This document shows positions 1 to 12,200 of a stretch of 64,000 bases of DNA, piece by piece. Each line of letters starts with the position of its first letter. Positions within the stretch are counted from its first letter, which is position 1. The stretch spans positions 18,977,607-19,041,606 of the forward strand of contig NC_133617.1 in assembly GCF_048593235.1 (NCBI RefSeq), given 5' to 3'. The stretch comes from Sminthopsis crassicaudata (Eukaryota). The position numbers and the translations under genes are program-made. The notes below the pieces were generated by a model that was given only the letters and a program-made list of their open reading frames with translations, was not told the origin of the DNA and ran no database searches.

Positions 1-22
1 GGGGAGCGGGGTCCCCACTTAC

Positions 23-130
23 CAGGGAGGCGGCCCGGCTCGGGACCAGCGGCTTGCCCATGGTCAGCTGGGAGGCCTGAGCGCTTGTGGCTCCCGCCCG
101 GCAAATGTCACTCTCTGATTAAAGGGCCCC
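23..130 (-). other. ACACB: Candidate 5' leader exon of ACACB (acetyl-CoA carboxylase 2); the 5' boundary is approximate and the rest of the gene lies left of the window
   Basis: Consensus donor CTG|GTAAGT on the minus strand (exon ends at 23), with AT-rich TATTTTTAA upstream at about 138-146. The ACACB assignment is by synteny only (ACACB follows UNG on the same strand in human). No ACACB coding sequence is visible. Confidence 0.4.
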
Positions 131-320
131 TGCTGGTTAAAAATACCCTGGGAGCGCTTAACCATTGCAGGCCCGAGGGCCGCCCTTCTGAAGGGGGGGA
201 GGGGGAGAGGGAAGGGGGTGGCCCGGCCCGGCCAGACCCGCTCCTTCTGGCAGAGGAGTGACAAGCCAGCTCGCGCTGGGCAGGGGGGGAGGGGGGGGCT
301 GGTTAATTGGCCACGATTTT

Positions 321-333
321 GTTCCAAAGTTAA
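321..333 (+). promoter_or_regulatory. HNF4-like DR1 motif GTTCCAAAGTTAA, upstream of the candidate ACACB exon
   Basis: The CAAAG-centred DR1 resembles the HNF4 consensus. Motif match only. Confidence 0.3.
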
Positions 334-1780
334 AGAGGAAATGGAACAGAACAAGCGCCCCTGGGCACATAAATCTGGGCGCAGCAGACAGATCCCAGCC
401 CCTCAGAGAAGCTCCCCGGGCGGGGGGAAGGGGGGCGCTTGACTCCTGCCTTGCCCCCCCCCCCCGCCCTAAAAGGGGCCCGTTTCCCCACCACAGGCTT
501 TAAGGGGTTAAGGCTTGCGAGTGTCCCCAAATCACCTGACTCTTTAATCATTATGCAAGTACCCTCGGACTTTTTCCTCTATGACTTCCACGTGTTTGGA
601 AAGGAAAAAAACAAGCCGCTAAAGGAGCGCTCTCCTCATCAGGCCCAACTGGGTCCGAGCGGGGGTTGAAGGGAAGCGGGTGGGCCAAAGGTCATCTCCC
701 GGCCGGGGCCAGCCTGCGCTGGGCCCGGAGTCCCCTCAAGGGCACGAGCTGTAGCAGCAGCTGGGAGCCCCGAGCCAAAGGGCAGGCGCAGCCCGGCCTA
801 ATAAGGAGCTCGCTGGCGGGCCTGCAGCTCCTCTCACAGCTGGAGCGCGGGAGGTGCCACAATTGGGCTGGCCTTAAAGCCCACCGCTTCCGTTTTACCC
901 CTGAGGAAACTGAGGCCGGAACATTTGGTGGCAAACAGCCTGCCCGAGGCAGAGGGGCTCAGGGCGGGAGGCTTACCCTGGCCTGTGAACCTGGGCCAGT
1001 CACGTCCCTGCCCTGTCCGTCCTCTCCTTCTGGACTCTGGGCTTCCCGGTGTCCCCCAGCCCTGGGTCACCCCAACTTTCGTGCTTTCACCCCTGCTCGG
1101 GCACCCCTGAAGAATTAGACATCCCCCAAAACCTCAAGAGGGCTCTGACTAGCCAGCACCCTTTTACAGGGTCCTAATTAACTGGTTCGTTCCCAGAGGC
1201 TCTTCTACCCTGTCCAGCCCTCTTCTAAATTCCCACGGCTGCCTCTCCCCGCCCTCCTTGGGGAGAAGCTTCCCTTCCCTCCTGGAGGGCCCCTCCGACT
1301 CTCACCCCAGCCTTCCATCCCCACAATTCCTCTCCCTTCTTCTACAGTCAGGGATCCGGCCTCGCCCTCCTGCCGCGGGGCGTCCAAAGTGACCGAGTCA
1401 GGAAGAGCGGCTCCTTCTCCATCCTCGCCTCTGACCCAGCTAGCCCGCCCCCACCATGGCCGCCTTCTGCCTCTCTCCACCGCTTTGGGGTCTCTCGAGG
1501 TCGCTGCCCCAACAGGGGCTCTCGTCTTCCCTGTTCCTTAATCACTATTGGATGGGGCTCCTAGGCCGCGCAGTGGGGAGAGCACTGGCCCGGCTCCAAC
1601 TCTGGCCTCAGACGCCACCTGTTAATACTCTGGACAAAGTGTTTAACCCTAATTGCCTCACTGCCCCTCTACATTATATATATATATATATACACACACT
1701 ATTTCCTGCAGTGCTCTCATTTAACTATCACCCCAATGCCCGGGAATCTCAGACTGATTTGCCACCTCCTGATCTCAGCT

Positions 1781-1972
1781 GCTTAGTGGTGTAGGGAGAG
1801 AGCAGGCCCTGAAGTCCGAGGGCCTGAGTTCAAATCTGCCTCAGCTGGGTGACCCTGGGCAAGTCACTGCACCTGTCTGCCTCAGTTTCCTCACCTGTAA
1901 AATAAGCTGGAGAAGCAAATGGCAACCCTTCCGGTCCCTTTGCCAAGGAAGCCCCAGTGGGGTCATGAAGAT
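1781..1972 (+). mobile_element. Mar1/MIR-type CORE-SINE
   Basis: GAGTTCAAATC B-box, GTGACCCTGGGCAAGTCAC core and AAATAAGCTGGAGAAG...TTTGCCAAG tail. Confidence 0.7.
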
Positions 1973-2959
1973 GGGGCAGGGTAGAATTGATCAGCAATTG
2001 GCCATCTCGCCCCGCTCCTGCATCAGCTCCATTAGGAGCAACTAGAAAAGCCTGCGGCCAGCTTCAGAAGCCGCTCCCAGAGCTCCTCTCTCCCCTGCCC
2101 CAGCTACTGGGCCTAACCCTAACCCCTCCCTGGGAGGCTCACCGCCATCACGCACAAAACCCCGGGCAGATTCTCCCACCTCCGGGCATTTGCCCTGGCA
2201 GGGCCCCTTGCCTGGAACGCTTTCCCTCCGGGCTTCCATTAGCTCAGTTAAAACCCCACCTTGTGCAAGCAGCTTTTTCCCAGCCTCCTTTACTGCTAAC
2301 TTAACCTCTTGTTTGCCGGTGCGTTGGCCCCAGAGAACACGCTTGGGATTTCGGGTGCGCTTGCTCTCCAGGCCCCTGGCACCGACAGGCGCTTAATGCA
2401 TGCTCCTCGCCTGGCCTGCAGCTCCCTGAGTCCATTTTTCGGACATTAAGCATTAATATTTGCTGATTCGAGCCCTGAGTTTCCAAGAAAGCCCGGAATG
2501 AAGTGTCCTTTAGAGCTGGGTGGGTGGGGACGGCGGCCTGGGCTTGGGGTTCAGGTGCTGGCTCCACCAGCTGTAAACACTTATTAATCGCCTACTGTAT
2601 GGCACCCACTGAGGGCGTCTGGGGAGGTGTGCCCCAGACCAGCTGATTTGATTGGACCTTCGGGTCCTCCCCACAACCGGCCTTCATCCGGGCAAGAGCG
2701 AGAGTGGGACCCTGGGGTGAGGGGCTTCCTCAGCGCCCCACAGGCACAAGTGGCAGGAGGAGCCCATCCCCCCTTTAACTTAACCCGTGGGGTGGGGGGA
2801 CTAGAGGCCGGATTTCAAAGGCGGCCTCTGACACTTCCTGGCTGGGTGACCCGGCCGAGTGACTCCAGCCCGGTCTGCCTCAGTTTACCCCTTTGTAAAA
2901 GGGGGACCCGATATGGGCGCCCCCTGGAGCTTGGGTGGGAGGATCAGAGGTCACAGTAG

Positions 2960-3800
2960 GGCTTAGCGCGGCTCCGGGCGGAGCAGCTGCGGTCTCAGAT
3001 CGCCAGGCGGAAGGCGCCCCCCGGACCCGCGGGACCGGCTCCTGGTCCCGGCGTTCAGTGCCGCCTCTGAGCCTCCCTCCCAGCAGGCGGGGTCGGGAGG
3101 GGAAGAAGCCGCCTCCCCCTCTGCCCCTTGTCCCGCCCCGCGCCCCCGCAGGGAGCAATGGCTGGGCTCGGGACTGAGCCCCTTCCTCTCGAGCGTCTCC
3201 GAGGACTGGGGGCCGGGACCCCCAAAGCCGCCCCAGGGCGGGGAGGCGGGGCCCTCCGGCTGCAAACCCATTGCTCGGACGGCTCGAGGGCGCCAGGCTA
3301 TTTACAAACAGGGAAACTGAGGTCCAGTGAGCTGCGGGCGCGAGGGGAAGGTCCAGCTGAGAGCCGCATGCCCCCCTCCCGCCCCGCCCCCCGGGTTCTC
3401 CCGCCCCGGCTTACCGAGGCATGGTGGAAGAGGGGCGGCTCCCCCTCGGGGGACCGGAGGAAAGGGGTGGGGAGGGAGGGGAGGAAGGAGGAAGGGACGA
3501 GGTCGCCTCGCTTAGGCCGGCCCTTCCGGCTTCGCTGCCTACAATGGTTGCCATGGCGACCCCGCCTGCGCCCCCGCCCCCGCCCTGAGACTCCCCGAAG
3601 CTCTCCCTCCCAAACCTTCACAGGCTCCCTAGTGCCGCGAGGTAAGCTCAGACCGCAACCCTCCCGCTCCCACCCATCAGGGACCGGGGTCTAGACCCCA
3701 TCCTCTCCCGGGGGCTGGCCCCATCGGCCCCGGAACTGGCCAGGGCTGAGGGGCTGAAGACGTCCAAGCGGTGCAGTGGGTCGGCGTGGATTCTCCGGGC
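2960..3800. promoter_or_regulatory. CpG island, probable upstream ACACB promoter, with RFX X-box (GTTGCCATGGCGAC, 3547-3560), ETS core (CCGGAAG on minus) and GC boxes
   Basis: Dense CpG/GC content, a near-perfect palindromic X-box, and a minus-strand donor CG|GTAAGC at 3415/3414. Confidence 0.65.
3415..3560 (-). other. ACACB: Candidate upstream first exon (ACACB by synteny); 5' boundary uncertain
   Basis: Minus-strand donor GCCTCG|GTAAGC inside the CpG island, facing away from UNG. Confidence 0.35.
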
Positions 3801-4805
3801 TTAAGGGGGGCAGGCCCTGGGGACCCAAGGAATAGATAAAGGCTGCCCTTAAGGAGCTTGCAGTCTGAAGGGCAGAGAGGCGAACAGCCAGGGGATTAGT
3901 TCTAGGTAATCTGAAGGAGTGCCGGATGGAGGGGGCAAGGAGAGCTGCCTGCACCCCCAAACCAGACTAACCCCTCCCTCGGATTCCCCGGCTTCTGTTG
4001 AGGGCATTTCCACCCCCTCCCCACACCCCACGCCTAGGCCTCCTGTTCCAGCCTGCTGACCCCCAGGATAACCTCTCCTGGCTGACTGGGCACTTTCTGG
4101 CAGCCCCAGCAGGGCGTGGAGCCTGCCTTCATTGGGCCATCTTGCCTCCCCCAATCCTCACCTTCCGCAGGGACCATGGGCTGCACTGGTGCACCACTTT
4201 TCCCCACGAGGTACCTGCACAAAACAGGCACTTGAATGCTTCCAAACCCTTTGCAGGTGGAAGGGCATCCCCTGGTTTGGCCCAGCCCCCCGCTCTATTC
4301 CCTGCTCAGCACTTCAGAGCCAACTGGCACTCCATCCCCCCTTGATGTGCAGGCCCCATCAGAACCTACGCTCCCAGAGCATGCTGGGCTCACATTAGCA
4401 CCCCAGCTCCCAGCAGGCTCGGGCCCTACAAGTGCTTCCTAAATGCTAGCTACCTTCTCTTCAGTCGCTGGCACCCCATCTCTTCAGGCCCGCCTGCCCC
4501 ACTCATCCCCTTAAGGTCACTTATGAGCCATGGTCTCCCACGTCCCCTCCGTGTCTGAGGCTGTCCTATGTTCTACCAAGCTGCTTATGTGTGTACAAGT
4601 TCTATCTCCCTGGGCAACCTCGCCAGCTTGAACTTCTCTCAAGGCCGTATCTCTAGATAGGAGGATCTTGGGTCTTTGGGGATGCGCACTGCAGGTATTT
4701 AGTGAGCAGGGATTGAGTCAAGGGCACCCTGGCCAAAGGTGCTGTGCCAGGGACAAAACAGTAGCCCGAGCACACTCGATCTCAGGAAACAGACGTAAAT
4801 CATCT

Positions 4806-4811
4806 TTTATT
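4806..4811 (-). terminator. UNG: Likely UNG poly(A) signal AATAAA (3' UTR about 1.26 kb)
   Basis: First minus-strand AATAAA I found downstream of the UNG stop, followed by GU-rich sequence (TCTGTTTCC, TGTTTTGT). Confidence 0.55.
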
Positions 4812-6069
4812 ATCAAAATCGGCCAACATCCCCGTAAGCCACAGCTGGTCTTAACAAGATTAATGGATGATTTATACACATACACACCTGACAAAAATAA
4901 TAAAAAACTAATATCTGCTTTGCATAAAATGAGAAAAAAAAAAAAGTACAGCAAAAACTTTTCACATGACCAAAAAAATGTAAAATCAAATATAAAATCA
5001 TAAAAATAACATCTCATTTGACTGGAACTGCTTTGAAAAAGTCCCACCTGTGAGACAAGCTTATAATAATTTTCCCCAAAAGAAAAAATCTACTTCCCTC
5101 TTCAACCAGATCCTCGAAGTCCTAGCTTTTAACCCCCAAAATGACATACGAGCGTATTTGATCACTGGGAAGTTTCCTGCTCTCAGCATGCAAAAGCCCC
5201 GCAAAGTTCCTTCCTTTAAAGGCAGATTTGCATTCTGGAACTGCCCAAGAACTTCACCAAGGAGAGATTCTGTCATCTCAATGGAAAAAGGGCCTACGAA
5301 AAAAAACACTTTTCTTTGCCAACTTGTGGCTGACGTTTTGAATTGCTTGATGGCAAACATCTCAAATTCAGGATCTTGGTTAAAAGAACAAAACCAGGGA
5401 ACCCCTTCTCCTCTCCCACCTCAGAACTCTTTGCACACAATTCCGGCGAAGGTAACATCATCGTCGATATGAGCAGGAGGCGGTTCCCTCTTTACCTTTG
5501 GATTCCCTCACCACAGAGAGCTAAATAAAACTTCTGGAATCGTGTTCAGATCTCACTCCTATTCCCCTCAGTTTCCAAGCGCAACTTTCCTTCTGCAGAC
5601 TCTTCTGGAGTGTAAAAGAACCTTCTGGCTGTTGAGAATAATTTGTTTTCTTTCCTGATCGCAATGAATTAAAATACATCTTAATAAAATGACAAGCCAT
5701 CCTACGATGGCTCAGCGGGTAGGGTAGTCTATCTGCACCGATATATCAACTGCAAACTAAACCCTTTTTGTCACATAGGAAAAAGGAGCATTATTTTTTC
5801 ATCAACCACAAAGGTAATGGGAGGTAGCAAGAATAAAACAATTGAGGAACATCACTAGGAAGAGCCAGCCACGGGGCCGGTCTGCACCCTGAGTTCTGGG
5901 CAAACCCTCTAGGCTCCCTGTCCCAAGCTCAGGGCGCCAAACGGTTGTCCCAGCACCAGCTTCGTCGATTAATTTTCAACCGATATAATCCCCCCGCCCC
6001 AAGCCCTCATCAAAGAGCTTTTCATAGCCAAGGTGGACAGACTCCTCCTCCAGCTTGGCTCTAACTGCT

Positions 6070-6210
6070 TCAAAGAGCTTTCCAATCGATGGGCTTCTTG
6101 CCAGACTTCTTCAATAACTCATTGGTCTTGGAGAAATGCCTGCATCCGAAGAACCCTCTATGGACAGACAGCGGAGAAGGGTGGGCGGTCTGCAGCACAT
6201 GGTGGCGCTT
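6070..6210 (-). CDS. UNG: UNG last coding exon ([27 protein letters not shown]...DWKAL*)
   Basis: CAG|AAG acceptor, 141 nt to TGA. Confidence 0.97.
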   Translation of the reverse strand, partial: KRHHVLQTAHPSPLSVHRGFFGCRHFSKTNELLKKSGKKPIDWKAL

Positions 6211-9200
6211 CTGTAGAGAGGAAGCCAAATATGAGACTCAAACCTTACTACTCAGCCTTCCCATTAGACCTTAGTGAGGGTCTGGGGAAAGAAACACTTT
6301 GCCCCCATTCGCCAACTAAACAATCAGTGCTTGAAGAGATGTTTCCATGAGCCTCTGAACTCGTAAAATGGGCCTGGGCAGAGGCCCATTGTACAGAGTA
6401 GGCCACTGAGGCTCCAACATTAAGGGACTTGTTCACACAGAGGCCAGAAAAAGAGTCTAATTTCTTCAATCACATCCCAAAGTGTGAATAGCACCCTAAA
6501 AGGTTTCTGGGACTAGAACCCAAAGGCAGGGAGGCTAGGGATGAAGGCCAGGGCTAACCTCTCAGCAGCCAGAAAATGCCAACAGGTGGGAAGTAGTTTC
6601 TACTCTCAGTTCTGAAGGAGCAGCAATACAAGAGTCCAGAGGCAGGAAGAGATATATATTTACTGCCTGCAACAGGACACCTCCTTGTAAAGACTTTTTT
6701 TTTTTTAATTGTAAGTTTATTTTTAATACACAGCCTTAAAAGACTTCTGAATGTACTCAGGAGGGCCAGGCCTGGGACTTGCTCCAGCCTTGGCTATGAG
6801 CCTATAACCTGCTCACTTTCTCACTTATTAAATGAATTTTTTTTTTTCCAGGGGGTAGTGGGGCAGAGAAGAAGTGAGATGAATAATACATTCACCATAA
6901 AAATCTCTCCAATCCCTGTCAGGTCTTTTAATTTGATGGTGATTTTAAAATGGCCATTTTTCACGTAATATTAGAAATAAAAACATGAATGAACTGGTTA
7001 AAATCTGCCTGATATCTAAGTGCCCAAGAATTTAATTTCTAGCCTTAGGTTTCTATTATCCAAAGACAGTAAAAGTCACCGAGTACATTTACACAGAACA
7101 TAATGCTTAAGATGATCATTTTATACTCCTAATTGTAAAATATAAGATTTGGAGGATCCTTTCCAGCTTAAAACCCACGAAGTTTTCATTTTGAAAATTG
7201 CTATGCTGATAAAATACGTGAATTCACCATCAGATCATTTTATTTTGAAAAGCTGTGAGGGATTACCCAATCTAAGAAAATCCTTTAAAATCTATTTAGA
7301 AAATGCAAATGTAGTAGGCAGAGAACCAACATCTAAACTCCACTTACAGGTTCAAAGTGGAAGCCACGAAGAAGCCGATAGGCCCAGGGAAAAAAGTCTG
7401 AACTCTCTTATGTTTGGGACCCTGGGGGAGGACACGAAACCTAAGTCTGCCAGGCAAACAGCCACCTGGCACCTTCACTTTTGAGAGATTGTGGGGGAGC
7501 CTGTACTGAGTAAGGAACACCCCACGATCAATGGGCACGGCCTTTGGATGGCATTTAAAGTGACAAGTGGAGGTTGCCCGCCAGGGCCCTGGGCTTCTCC
7601 CATTGGATGAGGGACAGAGAAGCAGAGGTCACTTACCCTGTCAATGGAGATGCCTTTCTTCTGAGCATAAGCCCCCCAGAGCATGAAGACGACGCCATTC
7701 AGGTTCTTATTCAACCAGGACACCACGGCATCGGTGAACTGCTCCCACCCTCTCTCCTTATGGGAGTTGGCCTGGTGAGCCCGGACCGTGAGCACAGCAT
7801 TGAGGAGGAGGACACCTGTGCACAAGCACCAGAGAGACCCATCAGTGGCCGCAGCACCAGACAGATTCCCAGCGCAACAGACTCCCTCGTGGTTATTCCA
7901 GGCCCCAGCACCCGGAACACGAGGAGAGAAAAGGGAGGCAGAGGAAGTGGGGCAGAAGGGGATAAGAGGGGGAAGAGGAAGGGAATAGGGCCTTAATAAA
8001 TGGTAATCTAGCGCCCAACTTCTTGACTGCAGCTCAAGATCTTGAATAGAGCCTCGAAATTTTGGTTATCAGTAAATGTATGATGTACACCCAGGATTGC
8101 ACAAACATTTCTTGCGTGAAAAGGGTTTGGGAGTGGCAAAGGTTTCAGAAGCCTTGGGCCAGTGGAAGGTGCCTCCCTGGTCACTGACAGATGTGTCAGC
8201 AAGAGAAAAGCCCCGACGAGCTAAGTGCCAGGCCTGGTTCCTTCTAACCTAACTTCAATCCATGAGCTCACAGGGCTTTTAGGGATGAGGGAGCCCGGCC
8301 TCATTTTGGTTTGCTGAGATTGACTTTGGTACTTTCAAACAACAGGCCGTACACGGCAGACTCGGACAAAGCCAAGAAAAGGCCGGTCTGGACTTCTTAA
8401 CTATCAATGACCTCGACCTTTTGGGAGTATAAAACTACAACTAGGATAAGCCCCTCGTCCCATCTGCCCTCCCTGAATAACTAGCCATTAAGCCGAATGC
8501 TTACCCTGTTTGGCCCAGCCAGACAAATCTCCATGACCAGGATGCGCAAAGTCTTCTATGTCTGTGGACAACTCTTTATAAATATTTTCCAAGCTAAAAA
8601 CGAGATAAATTAAATGCTTTAGTGTCTGTGTCAAATATCACCGATCTAAAAAGATTATTCTAAAATTTAAAAAATTCATCTAAAAAGATTCAAAAAACAG
8701 AGGATGGAGTCTGGCCCTGGAGCCGCATCCCTCACCACCTGGATGACCTGGGGGAGTGGGGCCTGCCTCTGAGACGCAGTTCTCTCACCCACGAAATGAG
8801 GCTTGACCAGAGCTTTGGGAGTCCTTCTCTAGTTCTCTCACTCTATGATCCCTTCCTCAGTGACGTCAGAGAGCCGATGAGGAAACACTGAAATGGCCCT
8901 ACTGCTGGAGGTGGATTTCATCATTTGGCCATGACTGAAGAAAGAGAAACAATGGACTGTTCTCCTCCTCAGCTGGTTGCGGAATGAAAGACAAATAAAA
9001 CCCCTTAAGAATGAGCAGCCCCAAAGTTGGGAAACAAGGTGAGCTGCCACATTCCCCTATCCCATGGGCCAGATTTTTCATAATCCAACACAGCACATAA
9101 CAGAAGAAAGAGTACTTGAGCTGGGAGGCCAAGGACAGGGTTCAGGTCCTGCCTCAGGCTCGGGGTGTGGCGGGGTGCAGATCAACATTTGGGGCCTCAG

Positions 9201-12200
9201 TTTCCCTGCCTATAAAATGCAGGAGGCAGAGGAAGGGAGAAAGGTTAAGCTCAGATGGCCTGTGTGAGGTCCTTTCTAACTCCCCCTAGATCTCGGATCC
9301 CCACCCAAGACCAGCTTTCTCTAAGCCCAACCCTCAGTAACAATCCAAGGACCATTCCTCAGCTTGAGAAGGGACCCTGGAATGCATCAAGCGCACCTAA
9401 TAGCTCTAGTCACAGTGCAGCCCCAACCAGGTTAACTGTCATTGGGAAACATGACAGAATGAAAAAATATAGTAGAGCTAAGGTTAATTTGAGAATTTCT
9501 AAGTCAACACGTGCCATGCAGGAACGGGTTGTGGCTCCAGTCATCCTGGCCTAAAGCCCCCTAGGACTCCACCACAACAGGAAATCCTTCCACTGAGGAC
9601 GCTGATGAGCCCGTCTTTGTTTACTTTCAGCCCAATTCTGTCTCCCAACTTCTACCACACAGCTGGCTCCTTGATTTAGCTCCCAAGTCCCCACACCAAA
9701 AGGAATCTCCAGGTCTTCTCCCATGAACACTCCCAGTTCCCAGAAGGCGGGCATGGTATGGGCCTGCAGGAACTCACAAATCACTACTCTCCCCTAAGAT
9801 GGGCCAAACAGCTTAGGCCTTCCCACCCAAGGTAGTGGCTGGGACTGTGGCTGCCTCCTATGGAGGTGCCATATACATCTCCCTTCCTCCACTGGTACCC
9901 AACGGTACGTACACCTGACATTAGATCTCAGGGGAACTTGACAAACTCAGCATCTTAAGAGGTGCCCCAAAGGAGAGGAAGAGGGGATCCTTTCAGTGAG
10001 GATTTTCCATCAGCCAGAGAAAGGAATCCTACCTCGGAGGGGGTGGAACAGGCCTCTGAACACTGAAGCAGAGTCCATGAGCTTGATTGGGTCCGTGATA
10101 TGGGTCCTGCCCCAAGATGACAACTTTTACCTGTACGTGCCCAAATTTGCCATCAATTAGTAAATGACTGATGTGATTTTTTTGAAGAAAAGAAACAATG
10201 CATAGAAGAAGTGACTTTCAAGGTGTCTTCCAACTTTAATTATAGACACCTGCAAAACTCCCTGGTGCTCACTTCTTCCATCTCCAACCAAGGCCCTTGG
10301 TCCCACCAATTCAAAGCATTCAAGAAATGACTTGACCCAGAATGACTCTTCTTTATGCAAATGTACTTTCCCTCATCTTTGGATACTTTGAAACAAGCCA
10401 GGCTTAACACACATCCAAAGGGGAAGCATATAGAAGTATAACATTTCAAGTAGCACAGTCTGCTGATTAAAAATTGGGAGGAAGCATCCGGTTCATTGGA
10501 TTTTCTGACTTTCTCTTTCCTGAAACCTGAGAAAGCATTAGTTTGGAGAAGATAAAATGATCTTTAAGAATTAAAAAAAAAATAATGCTTTCAAAACAGG
10601 CCTTTTAAAATATAGATGGGCAAAAGGTTTCCTGGTGGGCAGAACACAAATTAGCCAAATCCAAAGATTTCTTAATGAATTGTAGTCACTGCAGCCCTTT
10701 CAATTTGGGGGATGAGTCATTAGTGCCCCTAACAAGGTAAGGAAAAGAACCTCTTTGTGAGGAAGACCCTTCCTTTAAGACAGATAATGATAAGTTTTCT
10801 GTCTACTGTGGCCAGAATTTTACAGTACTGGTCTCTAAACTGAATAGCAGGAACTGAATAAAGCAGGCCTAAAGAAAGGACTTTAGAGATCAAAAGTGGT
10901 TTAATTAATCACTTTCTGAGTGAGGAATAGTTTGCAAACCTCTACCTGGTACAGGAAAGTAGAGCTTTTATACACAAATCCTAAGTGGGAAGGGAAGAGA
11001 TTCTAATACAACTCTTCCCAGGGTCTAAGCTGGTTTTCCAGCTCCATAAGGAAGACAATACAATCTTGGATTGTTTCAAATCTTGAGGATTATGACCACC
11101 ACTTCCTCAGGTATAAAACCAATGTTCTATGAAGGGAAGAGTTCACTTATTGTATGAATATAGCCACGGTCAGAATAATTGATCATTTTAAGCAGTCTTG
11201 TGAGTTTCTGACTCCGAAGCCAGAAAAGGCAGCTCTGAGAAATCAAAATTATTAGTATTTTCTTCACACAACACAAAAACAGAAGTTCACAACGATGCGC
11301 TAGTTTTCCAGGTTTTGACAGACGTATAGAACAACCCCTTACTGAGCACTCGCCCAAAAAGGACTAAAATAAACCACAAAGGGAAAAGTCTAGTTTCTCC
11401 TGATGCAGAACCAACATAACTCATTTCCAAAGATCATTTCAACGACAAGTTTAGCAACCAGATACTCTTCCTTTAACTCAAATCCCTGCGGTTCCAGTAA
11501 AAATATTAAGTAAAAGTCTAATCAGGACTGAACAAGAGTTACTTTTCATTCCTATACACTAGAGCAGTGGTCCTCAAACTTTTTCAATAGGGGCCAGTTC
11601 ACTGTCCTTCAGACTGTGGGAGGGCTGGACTATAGTAAAAACAAAAACTCACACTGTCTTCGCCCCTCGGCCCATTTGCCATAAGCCGGCGGGCCGCATA
11701 AATGTCCTCAGATGGCCGCATCTGGCCCACGGGCCGTAGTTTGAGAACCCCTGCTCTAGAGGCTTTAAGTCATTTCTTTTCAAGACCTACAAAGATTTGG
11801 GGGGCTCCGGTTGTAGTCAGATGTCTGACTTAACAAATATCCCCAAAAACCTCCAAACTGGAAGGAGTTAATGACTATCAAAATATTCTTATGCAATGAG
11901 CTTTGTGACAGGCGTTAAGGCACAGGTCAGCCCTGGTGCAACAGCTTCCTATAAAATAGGCCATCGGTTACAAACGCCTTGAACAGCAACTACCACAAAG
12001 CCAGGGGTTCTACTTTGCACAGTCCTCCCTCTCTCAAGTCCAACTGAATTGCATATGCCCCAGTATCCCCTCCCTGCCACCAAGGTCAAGAACAAAGGAC
12101 AGAGAACTTAGGCCCCACCGGGACTCCTGGACCCAGCGACAAGGCCTCCTTTCTCTGGCATCTCTCCAGTTCATCCTGTCTATAATTTATGAGTCCATAG

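Noticed and set aside
306-315. ATTGGCCACG resembling ER-stress element II
   Set aside because: ERSE-II needs ATTGG-N-CCACG and the spacer base is missing.
3128-3694. 188-aa ORF and other long ORFs in GC-rich regions (e.g. 13969-14652, 14204-14869, 15715-16296, 46439-47041, 48589-49143)
   Set aside because: They are Pro/Gly/Arg-rich, often start at non-ATG codons, and resemble no known protein. Stop codons are simply rare in CpG islands and low-complexity DNA.
6010-6081. 12-nt direct repeat TCAAAGAGCTTT, 60 nt apart, one copy spanning the UNG stop codon (possible readthrough or duplicated C-terminus)
   Set aside because: An in-frame TAG follows the TGA after two codons, so readthrough cannot reach the second copy. 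Probably chance or a small old duplication.
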